NCBI RefSeq assembly: GCF_007748075.1
Contig: NZ_CP036280.1
Span: forward strand, 3,360,001-3,392,000
Reading direction: 5' to 3'
Length of the DNA stretch: 32,000 nucleotides
Source: Mucisphaera calidilacus
GTDB taxonomy: Bacteria; Planctomycetota; Phycisphaerae; Phycisphaerales; Phycisphaeraceae
Of the stretch, positions 1 to 9,685 are shown one piece after another. The stretch's first letter is position 1. Each line of letters opens with the position of its first letter. The translations under genes and the position numbers were made by a program. The notes beneath the pieces are model-generated. The model searched no databases, was not told the DNA's origin, and saw only the letters and a program-made list of their open reading frames with translations.

Positions 1-208
1 CGTCGCGCACGAGTCGGGGGTGTTGTCGGGCGATGCATCCCAGGAAGAAGAAGGTGGCGGGGGCGTCGTGTTCGGCGAGGAGGGTGAGCAGGCCTTGCGT
101 GGCGTCGACGACCCGGCTGGGCTGGTGGTCCCAGCTCGATCGGGGGACGACTTTCCGGGCGACCTCGGTCTGCCAGGCCTCCTCGACGTCGATGGTGATG
201 GAGCGCAC
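1..208 (-). CDS. polysaccharide deacetylase family protein (NodB-type), N-terminal part only; gene runs off the left edge
   Basis: Absent from the ORF track because it has no stop in the window. The reverse-complement frame reads without stops: (V)RSITIDVEEAWQTEVARKVVPRSSWDHQPSRVVDATQGLLTLLAEHDAPATFFFLGCIARQHPRLVRD. 'ITIDVEE' and 'ATFFxLG..A..hP.LVR' match my recollection of the opening motifs of deacetylases found in PEP-CTERM/exopolysaccharide loci. Start is GTG at 208; an alternative in-frame GTG lies at 268. Confidence 0.55.
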   Translation of the reverse strand, partial: MRSITIDVEEAWQTEVARKVVPRSSWDHQPSRVVDATQGLLTLLAEHDAPATFFFLGCIARQHPRLVRD

Positions 209-360
209 CGGCTCGCGTCGGGAGCGGGGCGTGGCCGATAACGATTCGGGGTGTGTCCTGGCGTGCACTGTGATAGGTTCGGCTGAGTGACGTGGCGGGC
301 GACACCAATCACCGCGCGGTTGTTTACCGGCCCGAGACGCGCAGACCGTGGAGAACGAGC

Positions 361-1896
361 GTGAGCGACCCTTCCAATGCCATCCTGACCAAGATCCTGG
401 CGACGCTTGGGCCTGCGACGAACACCGAGGAGACGGTGCGTCGGCTGATCGAGGAGGGCGTGCGGGCCTTCCGCATCAATTTCTCACACGGCGATTTCGA
501 CGGCTTCGATCAGCTGCTGAGCGTGATCCGTCTGACTTCCGACAAGCTCGGGATCCCGGTTGGGGTCCTGGGCGACCTCTGCGGCCCCAAGATCCGGCTG
601 GGGAAGCTGGACGGAGGCGGTTTTGACGTCGAGACCGGCGACCGTGTGGAGTTCACGACCGAGAGCATCATCGGGCACCGCGATTCGGAGACGGACGTTG
701 CGGTCTTGGGCACGAATTACCCGCCTTTCGTGCAGGAGGTTGATGCCGGCCAGCGCGTCCTGATCGACGACGGCGCGGTGCGTCTGCTGGCGATCGACCG
801 GATTGACGGGGAGGATGGCCCGCGGCTGATGTGCCGGGTGACCGAGGGGGGGAGAATCTCGAACAACAAGGGTGTGAACCTGCCTGATTCGAGTGTTTCG
901 GCGCCGTCGGTGACGGATTACGACCGCCGGTGCCTTGACTGGGCGATCCGCCGCGAGCTGGACTATCTGGCGTTGAGTTTTGTGCGTCAGGCGTCGGACG
1001 TGGAGGACCTGATCGCGTTGATGATGGATCGCGGGCGCGACAACGTGAAGCGCTTCAGCACGACGCGTCTGCCGGTGATCGCGAAGATCGAGACGCCTCA
1101 GGCGATCCGTGACCTGGACCGGATTGTGGAGGTCTCGGACGGGATCATGGTGGCGCGAGGCGACCTGGGCGTGGAGATGGACCTGCCCCGGGTGCCTGTG
1201 ATCCAGAAGCGGATCATCGAGACGTGTCACCGGCTGGGCAAGCCGGTGATCGTGGCGACCCAGATGCTCCAGAGCATGATCGAGCACGCGACGCCGACGC
1301 GAGCGGAGGTGTCTGATGTGGCCAACGCGATCTGCGACGGCGCGGACGCGGTGATGCTCTCGGGCGAGACGGCGATCGGTCGTTTCCCGGTGCAGGCGGT
1401 TTACATCATGAAGCACACGGCGTCGATCACCGAGCGTTTTGTCGCTGAGCTGCCGGAGGCCTACGGCCTGCGTGACACGAACCTGCGCGGGTCGAAGTAC
1501 CGCACGGCGTCGCTGGCGCGCGCGGTCAAGGTGATCGTGGAAGACATCAATCCGCGGTGCGTGGTGATGTGGTCGGAGCTGGGCGGGGGCGCGCGATACC
1601 TGGCGCACAGCCGGCTCCCCGTGCCGATCATCGCGATCAGCTCGAATCTCCAGGCGTTGCGTCAGATGACGCTGCTGCACGGCGTGCTGCCGATGCACAT
1701 GGACCGTCCCGAGGGAACGAGTGAGTTTGTGGATGCTGTCGACAAGCTCTTTATGGCGCGTGGCTGGGGCCAGCAGGGCGACCCGATCGTCTTCGTAAAA
1801 GGCCAGCCCATCGGCGTTCCAGGTGTCACCAACCAGCTGCAGGTTCACTATCTCGGTGACGCGTGCAGGCTGGAGGACGCGCCCGGTCGCGAGTAA
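361..1896 (+). CDS. pyk: pyruvate kinase
   Basis: The translation contains [47 protein letters not shown] and [19 protein letters not shown], the canonical pyruvate kinase motifs. The maximal ORF starts at GTG 292. I prefer GTG 361 because GGAG at 350-353 sits 7 nt upstream and the N-terminal length then looks typical. Confidence 0.93.
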   Translation: MSDPSNAILTKILATLGPATNTEETVRRLIEEGVRAFRINFSHGDFDGFDQLLSVIRLTSDKLGIPVGVLGDLCGPKIRLGKLDGGGFDVETGDRVEFTTESIIGHRDSETDVAVLGTNYPPFVQEVDAGQRVLIDDGAVRLLAIDRIDGEDGPRLMCRVTEGGRISNNKGVNLPDSSVSAPSVTDYDRRCLDWAIRRELDYLALSFVRQASDVEDLIALMMDRGRDNVKRFSTTRLPVIAKIETPQAIRDLDRIVEVSDGIMVARGDLGVEMDLPRVPVIQKRIIETCHRLGKPVIVATQMLQSMIEHATPTRAEVSDVANAICDGADAVMLSGETAIGRFPVQAVYIMKHTASITERFVAELPEAYGLRDTNLRGSKYRTASLARAVKVIVEDINPRCVVMWSELGGGARYLAHSRLPVPIIAISSNLQALRQMTLLHGVLPMHMDRPEGTSEFVDAVDKLFMARGWGQQGDPIVFVKGQPIGVPGVTNQLQVHYLGDACRLEDAPGRE

Positions 1897-1922
1897 ATCG
1901 TTGGTTGGGGTACCATCCGGTC

Positions 1923-2414
1923 ATGAGCACCACGCAACCCCTCGTCGGCGTGATCATGGGCAGCCAGTCCGACTGGCCCACGATGTCCGAAGCGGCGGGC
2001 ATTTTGGAGCGTTTCGGGATCCCGCACGAGTGTCGGGTGGTCTCGGCACACCGCACGCCCGCGGACATGGCCGAGTACGCCGGCGCTGCTTCGGGCCGGG
2101 GCCTGCGGGTGATCATCGCGGGTGCCGGGGGCGCGGCGCATCTGCCGGGCATGGTCGCTTCGCAGACGACGCTGCCGGTGCTGGGCGTGCCGGTGCAGAG
2201 CAAGGCGCTCTCGGGCATGGATTCGCTGCTGTCGATCGTTCAGATGCCGGGCGGCGTGCCGGTGGGGACGCTCTCGATCGGGACGTCGGGTGCGAAGAAC
2301 GCGGGGTTGCTCGCGGCTCGGATTCTTGCGTTGCACGACGCTGAGCTGAGCGCCGCTCTGATGGGTTTTATGGAGGAGCAGGCGGAGGCGAGTCGGAGTC
2401 AGAAGCTCGGATGA
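1923..2414 (+). CDS. purE: N5-carboxyaminoimidazole ribonucleotide mutase (class I PurE)
   Basis: [21 protein letters not shown]...VVSAHRTP...[26 protein letters not shown] are classic PurE motifs. ATG at 1923 is the first ATG of the 1863..2414 ORF. The stop overlaps the purK start (ATGA at 2411-2414). Confidence 0.93.
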   Translation: MSTTQPLVGVIMGSQSDWPTMSEAAGILERFGIPHECRVVSAHRTPADMAEYAGAASGRGLRVIIAGAGGAAHLPGMVASQTTLPVLGVPVQSKALSGMDSLLSIVQMPGGVPVGTLSIGTSGAKNAGLLAARILALHDAELSAALMGFMEEQAEASRSQKLG

Positions 2415-3550
2415 CCAAGGCGATTCTCCCCGATCAGACGCTGGGCATACTCGGTGGCGGTCAGCTTGGCCGGATGACGGCGATGGCGGCGAAGCGGATG
2501 GGTTATCGCGTGCATGTTTATGACCCGGCGGAGAACCCGTCGGCGGCGCAGGTGGTGGATGAGCACGCGTGTGCCGAGTGGGATGATCAGGACGCGTTGG
2601 AGGCGTTTGCGGCCAGCTGCGACCGCGTGACGCTGGAGTGGGAGAACATCCCGCTGGAGACGGCGCGGTGGGTGGACGCAACGACGCGTCTGCTGCCCGG
2701 CCCCGAGATACTGGCTGTGGCTCAGGACCGTTCGCGGGAAAAGACGTTTCTCGCCGAGGCGGGCTGCCCGCTGCCTGATTTCCGTGTTCTTGAGACGATC
2801 GATGACGTGGACGAGCTCTCGGGCTGGTGGACCGAGCAGCGCGTGATCAAGACCTCGGCGTCGGGCTACGACGGCAAGGGACAGATCGTGGTGACGTCTC
2901 ACGACGAGGCGCGTGCGGCGTTCGAGGAACTGGGGTCGGTGTGCTGCGTGGCGGAGGCGTGGGTGGCTTACGAGCGTGAGGTCTCGGTGCTGATCGCGCG
3001 GGGCGAGGACAGCGCGACCCGGACGTACGGGCCGATCTGGAACGAACACGCCAACCACATCCTGGACGTGAGTGTTCATCCGAGCGGGCTGCCCGAGTCG
3101 ACCTGCGAACTGGCCCGAGCGCTGGCGCACACGATCGCTGAGCGTCTGAATCTCGTGGGGATTCTCTGCGTCGAGATGTTCGTGCTGGCCGATGGCGGCC
3201 TGAACGTGAACGAGTTGGCGCCGCGTCCGCACAATTCGGGGCACCTCACGATCGAGGCGTGTGTGACGAGTCAGTTTGAGCAGCACGTGCGGGCGGTCTG
3301 CGGCCTGCCGCTGGGCGAGGTGGGCTGGCTGGCACCGGCGGCGATGGCCAATCTGCTCGGCGAGTTGTGGGAGGGGGGCGAGCCGGACTGGTCGCTCGTT
3401 CTGGCTGCGGCCGGCGTTGGCTTGCACCTCTACGGCAAGTGTGAACCGCGTACAGGGCGCAAGATGGGCCACCTGACGGCCTTGGGTGACGACCCGCTGG
3501 CAGCGGCCGACAAGGTCCGGGAAGCTCGACGGCAGCTCGGTGCGCCGTAA
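2411..3550 (+). CDS. purK: N5-carboxyaminoimidazole ribonucleotide synthase (ATP-grasp)
   Basis: [12 protein letters not shown] at the N-terminus, ATP-grasp core (GYDGKGQ, EREVSVL) and [12 protein letters not shown]...KMGH. It lies immediately downstream of purE and is translationally coupled to it. Confidence 0.92.
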   Translation: MTKAILPDQTLGILGGGQLGRMTAMAAKRMGYRVHVYDPAENPSAAQVVDEHACAEWDDQDALEAFAASCDRVTLEWENIPLETARWVDATTRLLPGPEILAVAQDRSREKTFLAEAGCPLPDFRVLETIDDVDELSGWWTEQRVIKTSASGYDGKGQIVVTSHDEARAAFEELGSVCCVAEAWVAYEREVSVLIARGEDSATRTYGPIWNEHANHILDVSVHPSGLPESTCELARALAHTIAERLNLVGILCVEMFVLADGGLNVNELAPRPHNSGHLTIEACVTSQFEQHVRAVCGLPLGEVGWLAPAAMANLLGELWEGGEPDWSLVLAAAGVGLHLYGKCEPRTGRKMGHLTALGDDPLAAADKVREARRQLGAP

Positions 3551-3656
3551 TCACGTCTCGATCACGACGATGCAGATGACGGACTATTGGCGAGCGCCGG
3601 GGCGTGTACCGACCCGATGACTCGGCTAGACTCCGAGGATTACATGGAAATTCGAT

Positions 3657-4979
3657 ATGGGTAAACCAACTTTACTGACGCTGCGTCACGTCCCGACGGT
3701 CACGCGCATCGTGGTCTCGATTCTTGTGCTGGCGGCGGGCTTTGGCGTGATGTCATTGCTGATCGCGACGCGTGTCGAGGCGATGCGTGTGGATCCCGAG
3801 CGGCAGGCGGCGGTGGTTCCGGTGTTCGAGGCGCAGCGTGTGGTGGTTCAGCGGCCCTGGCAGGGGTACGGCCGTGCGGAGGCGATCCGTCGCTCGCGGG
3901 TTCCGGCGCGGATCAACAGCGTGGTGACCGGGATCCCTGATGGGCTGGACGCGGGCGTCGCGGTCGCGGAGGGGCAGGTGCTCGCCGAGCTTGACGAGGC
4001 TGATTTTGAGCAGCAGGCCGCGGCGGACAGGCAGGAGGTCGCGCGGCTGCACGCGGAGCTGGAGCGGCTGGACATCGAGGAAAGCCGCCTGAGCGAGCGG
4101 ATCGAGCTGCTGAAGAAGGATCTCGCGATCGCGCAGCGTCAGGAGAACCGGCTGCGGGACATGTACGAGAAACGTGCTGCGAACCTTGCCGATGTCGAGC
4201 GTTCCGAGCGTGAGTCACTGGTGCTGCGTCGCGAGCTGGTTTCCGCGAATGAGGCGCTGGACGGACTGCCGGCGCGCAGGGCATCGACGCAGGCGAGCAT
4301 CGAGGCGGCGCGGGCGCGGTCTGCGTTGGCGACGCTGAGTGTGGAGCGTTCGCGGGTGACGAGTCCGCTGGCGGGCGTGTTGTCGGTCTATGACCTGAAG
4401 ATCGGTGAGAACGTGACCGTCGGCCAGACACTCGCCGAGGTGGTGGACCTGACGACGATCGAGGTCCCGGTGCGGCTTGCTGCTGCGGCGCGTGGCACGT
4501 TTTCGCCCGGCGACGCGGTCCGGCTGGTCGCGACCTCCGACAGCAGTCGTCGCTGGGTCGGTCGTGTTGATCGCATCAGCCCGTCGGACGACCCTGAGTC
4601 GCGGACGATGACGGCGTTTGTGGTGGTGGATCAGCCCGAGGCCGCTCCGAATGACCCGCAGACGCTGCCGCCCGGGCTGTTTCTGTCGGTTCAGATGGAC
4701 AGTCACCCGAGCGACCCGGTGCTGATCGTTCCGCGTCGTGCGGTGCGTGCGGGGCGTCTGTTTGTGGTGGAGGGCGACCATCTCGAGAGCAGGGCGGTCG
4801 AGATCGCCTACACCGTCAACGGCAGCCCGATGGACCTGCCGGTTGAGGAGTGGGTGGTGATCCGGGAGGGGGCGGCGCTCGAGGAAGCGGATCTGGTTGT
4901 CGCGGAGGCCACCACGCTGCTGCGTGACGGTCTTCGTGTCGAGGCGCATCACCTGGGCTCTTCCGGAGCATCGCCTTGA
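3657..4979 (+). CDS. efflux RND transporter periplasmic adaptor subunit (MFP/HlyD family)
   Basis: N-terminal TM anchor (IVVSILVLAAGFGVMSLLIA), a long coiled-coil segment (aa ~115-235), then the barrel motif RVTSPLAGVLSVYDLKIGENV. The stop overlaps the start of the downstream RND permease. Confidence 0.82.
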   Translation: MGKPTLLTLRHVPTVTRIVVSILVLAAGFGVMSLLIATRVEAMRVDPERQAAVVPVFEAQRVVVQRPWQGYGRAEAIRRSRVPARINSVVTGIPDGLDAGVAVAEGQVLAELDEADFEQQAAADRQEVARLHAELERLDIEESRLSERIELLKKDLAIAQRQENRLRDMYEKRAANLADVERSERESLVLRRELVSANEALDGLPARRASTQASIEAARARSALATLSVERSRVTSPLAGVLSVYDLKIGENVTVGQTLAEVVDLTTIEVPVRLAAAARGTFSPGDAVRLVATSDSSRRWVGRVDRISPSDDPESRTMTAFVVVDQPEAAPNDPQTLPPGLFLSVQMDSHPSDPVLIVPRRAVRAGRLFVVEGDHLESRAVEIAYTVNGSPMDLPVEEWVVIREGAALEEADLVVAEATTLLRDGLRVEAHHLGSSGASP

Positions 4980-7900
4980 ACATCATCCGTTTTGGTGTCG
5001 AGAAGCCGGTTCCGGTGAACCTTCTGATGACGGCGCTCCTGCTCGCGGGGATTTACTACGGCTTGTCGCTTCGCAAGGAGTTCTTCCCTGAGCAGGACCC
5101 GACCGAGGCCCAGGTCACGCTGCCCTATCCCGGCGCGACGCCTGAGGAGATCGAGGAAACCCTGGCGATCAAGGTCGAGGACGCGCTGACCGAGCTGGAC
5201 GAGGTGAAGGACCTGACTTCGTCACTGAGCGAGGGCGGGGGCGGGATCATCGTCGAGTTCCGCGAGGGGGTGAACGTCGACGACGCGGTGGACGAGGTCG
5301 AGAAGACGATCGATGCGCTCCAGGACCTGCCCGACGAGGCGGAGGACATCACGGTTGACCTGTTCGAGCCCGAGCTGCACGTGATCCGTGTGACGATTTT
5401 CGGGGAGCTGGACGAGGCGGTGCTCAAGCGTGCGATCCACGGCGTGCGTGACGACCTCCGGACGCTCCCGGGCATGGGTGATATCCGGATCGAGGGTCTG
5501 CGTGACTACGAGATGCGTATCGACCTCGAGCCCGAGGCGTTGTTCGAGCACGGCGTGAGCCTGCCGGAGGTCGCGGACCGGATCCGCAACTGGATGCTCG
5601 AGGTTCCGGGCGGGACGGTGCGTGCGGTCAGCGGCAACATCCGGGTGCGCACGATGGGCGTCGAGGAGCGTGACGACCGGATCCGGGAGATCCCGATCTT
5701 TACGCGTCCCGACGGGACGCTCGTGCGGCTGGGGGAGATTGCGCGGGTGACCGACTCGTTCGTCGATTCCGAGGTCACCGAGCGTTTCAACACGCTGCCC
5801 TCCGCGAGCCTGGTGGTCTACAAGGTGAACCGTCAGGACATCGTGCGGATGGCGGAGATGGTCCGGGCCTATGTCGGGGCGCGCAAGGGCGAGGATTTCG
5901 TCTCGACCTCGGTGGCGGACCGGCTCGCGTTGGCGGGCGTGCTCGGCGAGTCGGACCGTCTTCGTGCCTGGCGGCTGGGCCGTGACCACGGTTCGCCGCT
6001 GCCCCCCGGCGCGCAGATCCAGATGAACTCGGACCTGGCGCGTTTCGTGGAGGGGCGTCTGGACCTGCTGCTGCGCAACGCGTTCTACGGCGCGATGCTG
6101 GTGTTCGCGACGGTCCTCTGCTTCCTGAACTGGCGTGTGGCGATCTGGGTGGGCATCGGGCTGCTGACCGCGCTGGCCGGCACGATCATGCTGATGGCTT
6201 GGTCGGACATCACGCTCAATCTGCTCACGATGTTCGGCTTGATCGTGGTCATCGGCATCCTGGTGGATGACGCGATCGTGGTCTCCGAGAACATTCAGGC
6301 GCGGCACGACCGCGGCGAGCCGGCGTTGCTGGCCGCGGTGCGGGGCACGCGTCAGGTCGCGTGGCCGGTGGTCGCGACGGTGCTGACGAGCGTGGTGGCT
6401 TTCCTGCCGCTGACGTTCATCGAGGGGCGCATCGGCGACCTGCTGGGCGCTTTGCCGGCGGTGGTGGCCTGCGCGTTGCTGATGAGCCTGATCGAGTCGC
6501 TGATCATCCTGCCGAGTCACCTGGGCCACAGCCTGCTCAAGCGTGACGAGCGACGCGAGAGCCACCCGGACGTCGCGCCCTCGTGGACGGAGAAGTTCGA
6601 GGCGTGGCGGGACAGCCTGATCCACGACCGGATCATCCCCGCCTACGCCAGGACATTGGGGTACGCCCTGAACCGCAGGTACGTCTCTCTCTCGGTGGCT
6701 GTCGCGGTTCTGTCGGTCTCGATGGGGATGTTCCAGGGCGGCCACGTGGCGTTCGTGTTCCTGCCGGCGGACGACGCGGAGACGATCATGGCCAATCTCC
6801 GGATGCCGATCGGCACGCCGGTGAGCCGGACCGAGCAGGTCGTCGAGCGTCTGGAACTGGCGATTCAGGCACAGCCCGAGACCAAGTCGATCACCTCGGT
6901 CATCGGTCAGAGCACGAATCTCGACAGCGGGTCGTCGAGTGATTCGCCACACCTCGGGCAGATCTTCATCGAGCTGATTCCCGTCGAGGACCGCGACCTG
7001 CCGGCGGACGACATCATCGCGAACATCCGCAACGCGCTGAGCGACGAGAATCTCGGCGCGGAGCGTCTGACCTTCGAGCGTCTGAGCGGCGGGCCGGGCG
7101 GCCCGGACATCACGATCCGGATCAGCGGCAAGGATCAGCACCGGATCAACGAGGCGGTCAACGATGCCAAGCGGCTGCTGTCGGGGTTCGATGGCGTGTT
7201 CGATATCTTCGACAACCAGAACCTCGGCCAGCTGGAGATGCGTTTTCACGTTACGCCCTCGGGCGCGGCACTGGGTTTCGACGCGGTGAACGTGGCACGG
7301 CAGGTGCGTGGCGCGCTGTACGGCATCGACGCGCACGTCTTCGCGGATCGCGAGGAGGACATCGACGTTCGCGTCCGGCTGGACGAGTCGATGCGTCGCG
7401 ACCTGGGCGCGTTGGAGCGCTTGTGGGTGATCGCGCCGGGCGGGCAGTCGGTGCCGCTGATGGAGATCGCCAGGGTCGAGGAGAGCCTGACGTACGCGTC
7501 GATCACGCGTGTGAACCGCAACCGCGCCGTGACGGTGACGGCGGAGACGGCGCCGAGCCTGTCGCCCGAGCTGGTGACGTCGGAGATCACCGAGGCCGAC
7601 CCGGCGACCGGGCGTTCGAGCTGGGACGACCTGCGGGACGCCTACCCCGACCTGATGATCGAGTTCGCGGGGCGTCAGGAGCAGGAGGCGGACGCGTTTC
7701 GGTCGCTGCCTTACGGCTTTCTCGCGGCGATGATTATGATTTATGTGATTCTTGCCTGGCTGTTTTCGAGTTATATCCAGCCGCTGCTGGTGCTGATGGG
7801 CGTGCCGTTTGCGATCATCGGCGTGATCTGGGGGCACTGGTTCCTCGACTACAACATGACGTTCCTGAGCCTGATCGGTTTTGTTGCGCTCTCGGGCATC

Positions 7901-8308
7901 GTGGTCAACGATTCGTTGATCTACGTCAAGTTCGTGAACCAGATGCTCGAGCGTGGCTACGACATGCCCGACGCCCTGGTCGAGGCGGGGCGTGCGCGTT
8001 TCCGGCCGATCGCGTTGACGACCATCACGACGGTGCTGGGCCTGACGCCGCTGCTGCTGGAGACCTCGTTCCAGGCGCGGTTCCTGATCCCGATGGCGAT
8101 CTCGATCGCGGCGGGCCTGATCTCGGCGACGTTCCTGATCCTGCTGCTGCTGCCCTGCCTGCTTCTGATTCTCGAGGACATCAACAACGCGCTTCACTGG
8201 CTCTGGTACGGCGAGCCGCGGCCGCGGCCGGATTACACGCCGGTGGTGATCCCCAACGTCGATGAGATGGGTGCGGTCGCAGAGGAAGAGCACGACATCG
8301 GGATCTGA
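4976..8308 (+). CDS. efflux RND transporter permease subunit (AcrB/CzcA superfamily)
   Basis: 1,110 aa. Typical N-terminus (IIRFGVEKPVPVNLLMTALLLAGI), two large periplasmic loops and two 5-6 TM bundles (e.g. GLIVVIGILVDDAIVVSEN and IGFVALSGIVVNDSLIYV). TTG start at 4976 overlaps the adaptor stop TGA at 4977-4979. Confidence 0.9.
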   Translation: MNIIRFGVEKPVPVNLLMTALLLAGIYYGLSLRKEFFPEQDPTEAQVTLPYPGATPEEIEETLAIKVEDALTELDEVKDLTSSLSEGGGGIIVEFREGVNVDDAVDEVEKTIDALQDLPDEAEDITVDLFEPELHVIRVTIFGELDEAVLKRAIHGVRDDLRTLPGMGDIRIEGLRDYEMRIDLEPEALFEHGVSLPEVADRIRNWMLEVPGGTVRAVSGNIRVRTMGVEERDDRIREIPIFTRPDGTLVRLGEIARVTDSFVDSEVTERFNTLPSASLVVYKVNRQDIVRMAEMVRAYVGARKGEDFVSTSVADRLALAGVLGESDRLRAWRLGRDHGSPLPPGAQIQMNSDLARFVEGRLDLLLRNAFYGAMLVFATVLCFLNWRVAIWVGIGLLTALAGTIMLMAWSDITLNLLTMFGLIVVIGILVDDAIVVSENIQARHDRGEPALLAAVRGTRQVAWPVVATVLTSVVAFLPLTFIEGRIGDLLGALPAVVACALLMSLIESLIILPSHLGHSLLKRDERRESHPDVAPSWTEKFEAWRDSLIHDRIIPAYARTLGYALNRRYVSLSVAVAVLSVSMGMFQGGHVAFVFLPADDAETIMANLRMPIGTPVSRTEQVVERLELAIQAQPETKSITSVIGQSTNLDSGSSSDSPHLGQIFIELIPVEDRDLPADDIIANIRNALSDENLGAERLTFERLSGGPGGPDITIRISGKDQHRINEAVNDAKRLLSGFDGVFDIFDNQNLGQLEMRFHVTPSGAALGFDAVNVARQVRGALYGIDAHVFADREEDIDVRVRLDESMRRDLGALERLWVIAPGGQSVPLMEIARVEESLTYASITRVNRNRAVTVTAETAPSLSPELVTSEITEADPATGRSSWDDLRDAYPDLMIEFAGRQEQEADAFRSLPYGFLAAMIMIYVILAWLFSSYIQPLLVLMGVPFAIIGVIWGHWFLDYNMTFLSLIGFVALSGIVVNDSLIYVKFVNQMLERGYDMPDALVEAGRARFRPIALTTITTVLGLTPLLLETSFQARFLIPMAISIAAGLISATFLILLLLPCLLLILEDINNALHWLWYGEPRPRPDYTPVVIPNVDEMGAVAEEEHDIGI

Positions 8309-8328
8309 GGCCGGGCTTGGGGCTCAGA
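8304..8328. terminator. possible bidirectional hairpin between convergent genes
   Basis: TCTGAG (8304-8309) and CTCAGA (8323-8328) form an inverted repeat with partial extra pairing inside. The arms contain both convergent stop codons (TGA 8306-8308; TCA 8324-8326). There is no U-tract. Confidence 0.2.
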
Positions 8329-8551
8329 TGGGTGTCCGGAAGCCCATGGCTCGGACGGCGCACCAGCCACGGAGTCCCTCGTAGAGCGTGAAGAGTCCGG
8401 CGAGGATCAGGATCGTGACGGCCAGCCACCACCAGCCGGACGTCAGCGATCCCGAGAGCACCACACCCCCGAGGATGATTCCGGCCGCGAGGTTGAGCAC
8501 GCCCAGCGTGATGCGCAGAACCTGGCCGCTACGATCAATGTTGCATTGCAT
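8324..8551 (-). CDS. DUF2892 (YgaP-like) small membrane protein
   Basis: 75 aa with two hydrophobic helices and a C-terminal ...LYEGLRGWCAVRAMGFRT, which resembles the DUF2892 signature (G.C..Y.llG..T) as I recall it. Confidence 0.65.
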   Translation of the reverse strand: MQCNIDRSGQVLRITLGVLNLAAGIILGGVVLSGSLTSGWWWLAVTILILAGLFTLYEGLRGWCAVRAMGFRTPI

Positions 8552-8599
8552 GAGGACACTGTAGGTCGATCGGGACGGGTCTTCTGTGAGCCGTGCCGA

Positions 8600-9010
8600 T
8601 CATGCCACGCTCAGGCGTTGCCTGAGGCCCTCGAAAGCGACCGCGAGGTCGTCGTCGTGGTGTGCGTGGGCGTTCCGCTGGAGGCCGAGGCTGTGGCTGG
8701 CCAGTTCTTCCATGCCCAGCCGCAGCATGACGGGGGCGTGCCGGTCGGTTTCTCGTGGGTGTTGACCGTCGCGGACCTCCTGACGCAACTCGTGCACGCG
8801 CCCCAGCATCCGTGCCAGCTGATCCATGTACCGGTGTGACCGGGTGGTGTCTTCGACGATCGTGACGACGGTCTCTTCCAGGGCACCGGTGAACGCGTCG
8901 AGTCGTTCACGCCCGTCATCCGCGGCTTCGCGGGTGAAATCCTGTTTCCAAGCAGCGATCATGCATCGGCCCATCCTGTTCCGTGGGTGATGATCGATCC
9001 GGGCGGTCAA
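8600..9010 (-). CDS. hypothetical protein
   Basis: The minus-strand ORF has G/C-rich third codon positions, whereas the overlapping +strand ORF 8546..8839 looks like its shadow. I recognise no family. The true start may be the internal ATG at 8962 (MIAAWKQDF...). Confidence 0.4.
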   Translation of the reverse strand: MTARIDHHPRNRMGRCMIAAWKQDFTREAADDGRERLDAFTGALEETVVTIVEDTTRSHRYMDQLARMLGRVHELRQEVRDGQHPRETDRHAPVMLRLGMEELASHSLGLQRNAHAHHDDDLAVAFEGLRQRLSVA

Positions 9011-9196
9011 CCCCGGTGGCGACCGCCGGCAGAAGAGCTCATCCTGAGCCCTTCGCGTACAGACATGGGCAAAGCCCGTGCCACACGCAAGATCATGCGT
9101 TTACGCGTGAAGCTTTGATGAGCAAGTGTGCAAATTCGGTCAGGACCGCCGAAATCTGCCCATGAAACAGGCAGGCTCTCGTTGTCCGGGGGAGGA

Positions 9197-9685
9197 TCAG
9201 TCGTTGCACCAGCGTGTGCGGAAGTATTCGTCCACGTCACCGGGGCCGAATCCGGCGCGTTCGTAGAGTCGCTGGGCGGGGTTGTCGGTGCGGACTTCAA
9301 GGGTCATCTTGCAGCAGCCGAGTGAGCGTGCGACGCCATCGAGGTAATCGAGCAGGGCCTTGCCGATGCCCAGGCCGCGGTGTTCGGCGAGCACGGCGAT
9401 GTCGTGGAGATTGAGGACGGGCGCTGCCTTGAAGGTGGAGTAGCTGAGCATCGTGATGGCGTAGCCGACGGGTGCGCCGTCGAGCAGGGCGAGGTCGGCG
9501 CGGGCGGCGGGGTGGTCGCGCAGGTCGTTGACGAGTCGGGCGCGGATCTCGGGTTCGAGGGGTCTGCCCTGGCCGATGGGCTCGCGGGCGTAGGCGTCGA
9601 TGAGGCGGACGAGTTGTGCGCCCTCGTCGGGGTCGGTCAGATCGGCTTCCCGGAGGACGAGATTCTGGAGGACGTGAGGCATCAC
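9197..9685 (-). CDS. GNAT family N-acetyltransferase
   Basis: Acetyl-CoA binding core ...IAVLAEHRGLGIGKALLDYL...ARSLG...L.V..DN..A..LYERAGF. Start is GTG 9685 or ATG 9682, and the ATG overlaps the stop of the upstream PBP4 gene (GTGATG). Confidence 0.85.
   Translation of the reverse strand: MMPHVLQNLVLREADLTDPDEGAQLVRLIDAYAREPIGQGRPLEPEIRARLVNDLRDHPAARADLALLDGAPVGYAITMLSYSTFKAAPVLNLHDIAVLAEHRGLGIGKALLDYLDGVARSLGCCKMTLEVRTDNPAQRLYERAGFGPGDVDEYFRTRWCND

Noticed and set aside
5222-8293. 1,023-aa minus-strand ORF antisense to the RND permease, and likewise 484..1848 opposite pyk, 2399..3472 opposite purK, 12214..13410 and 14366..15901 opposite the adaptor genes, and 9616..10473 opposite dacB
   Set aside because: These are Arg/His/Asp/Gln-rich shadow ORFs. 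The sense frames carry unambiguous family motifs.
9130-9196. Short hairpin CTGCC-n9-GGCAG downstream of the GNAT stop, considered as the operon terminator
   Set aside because: It has only a 5-bp stem, a large loop and a poor U-tract (ATTTC), which is too weak to call.
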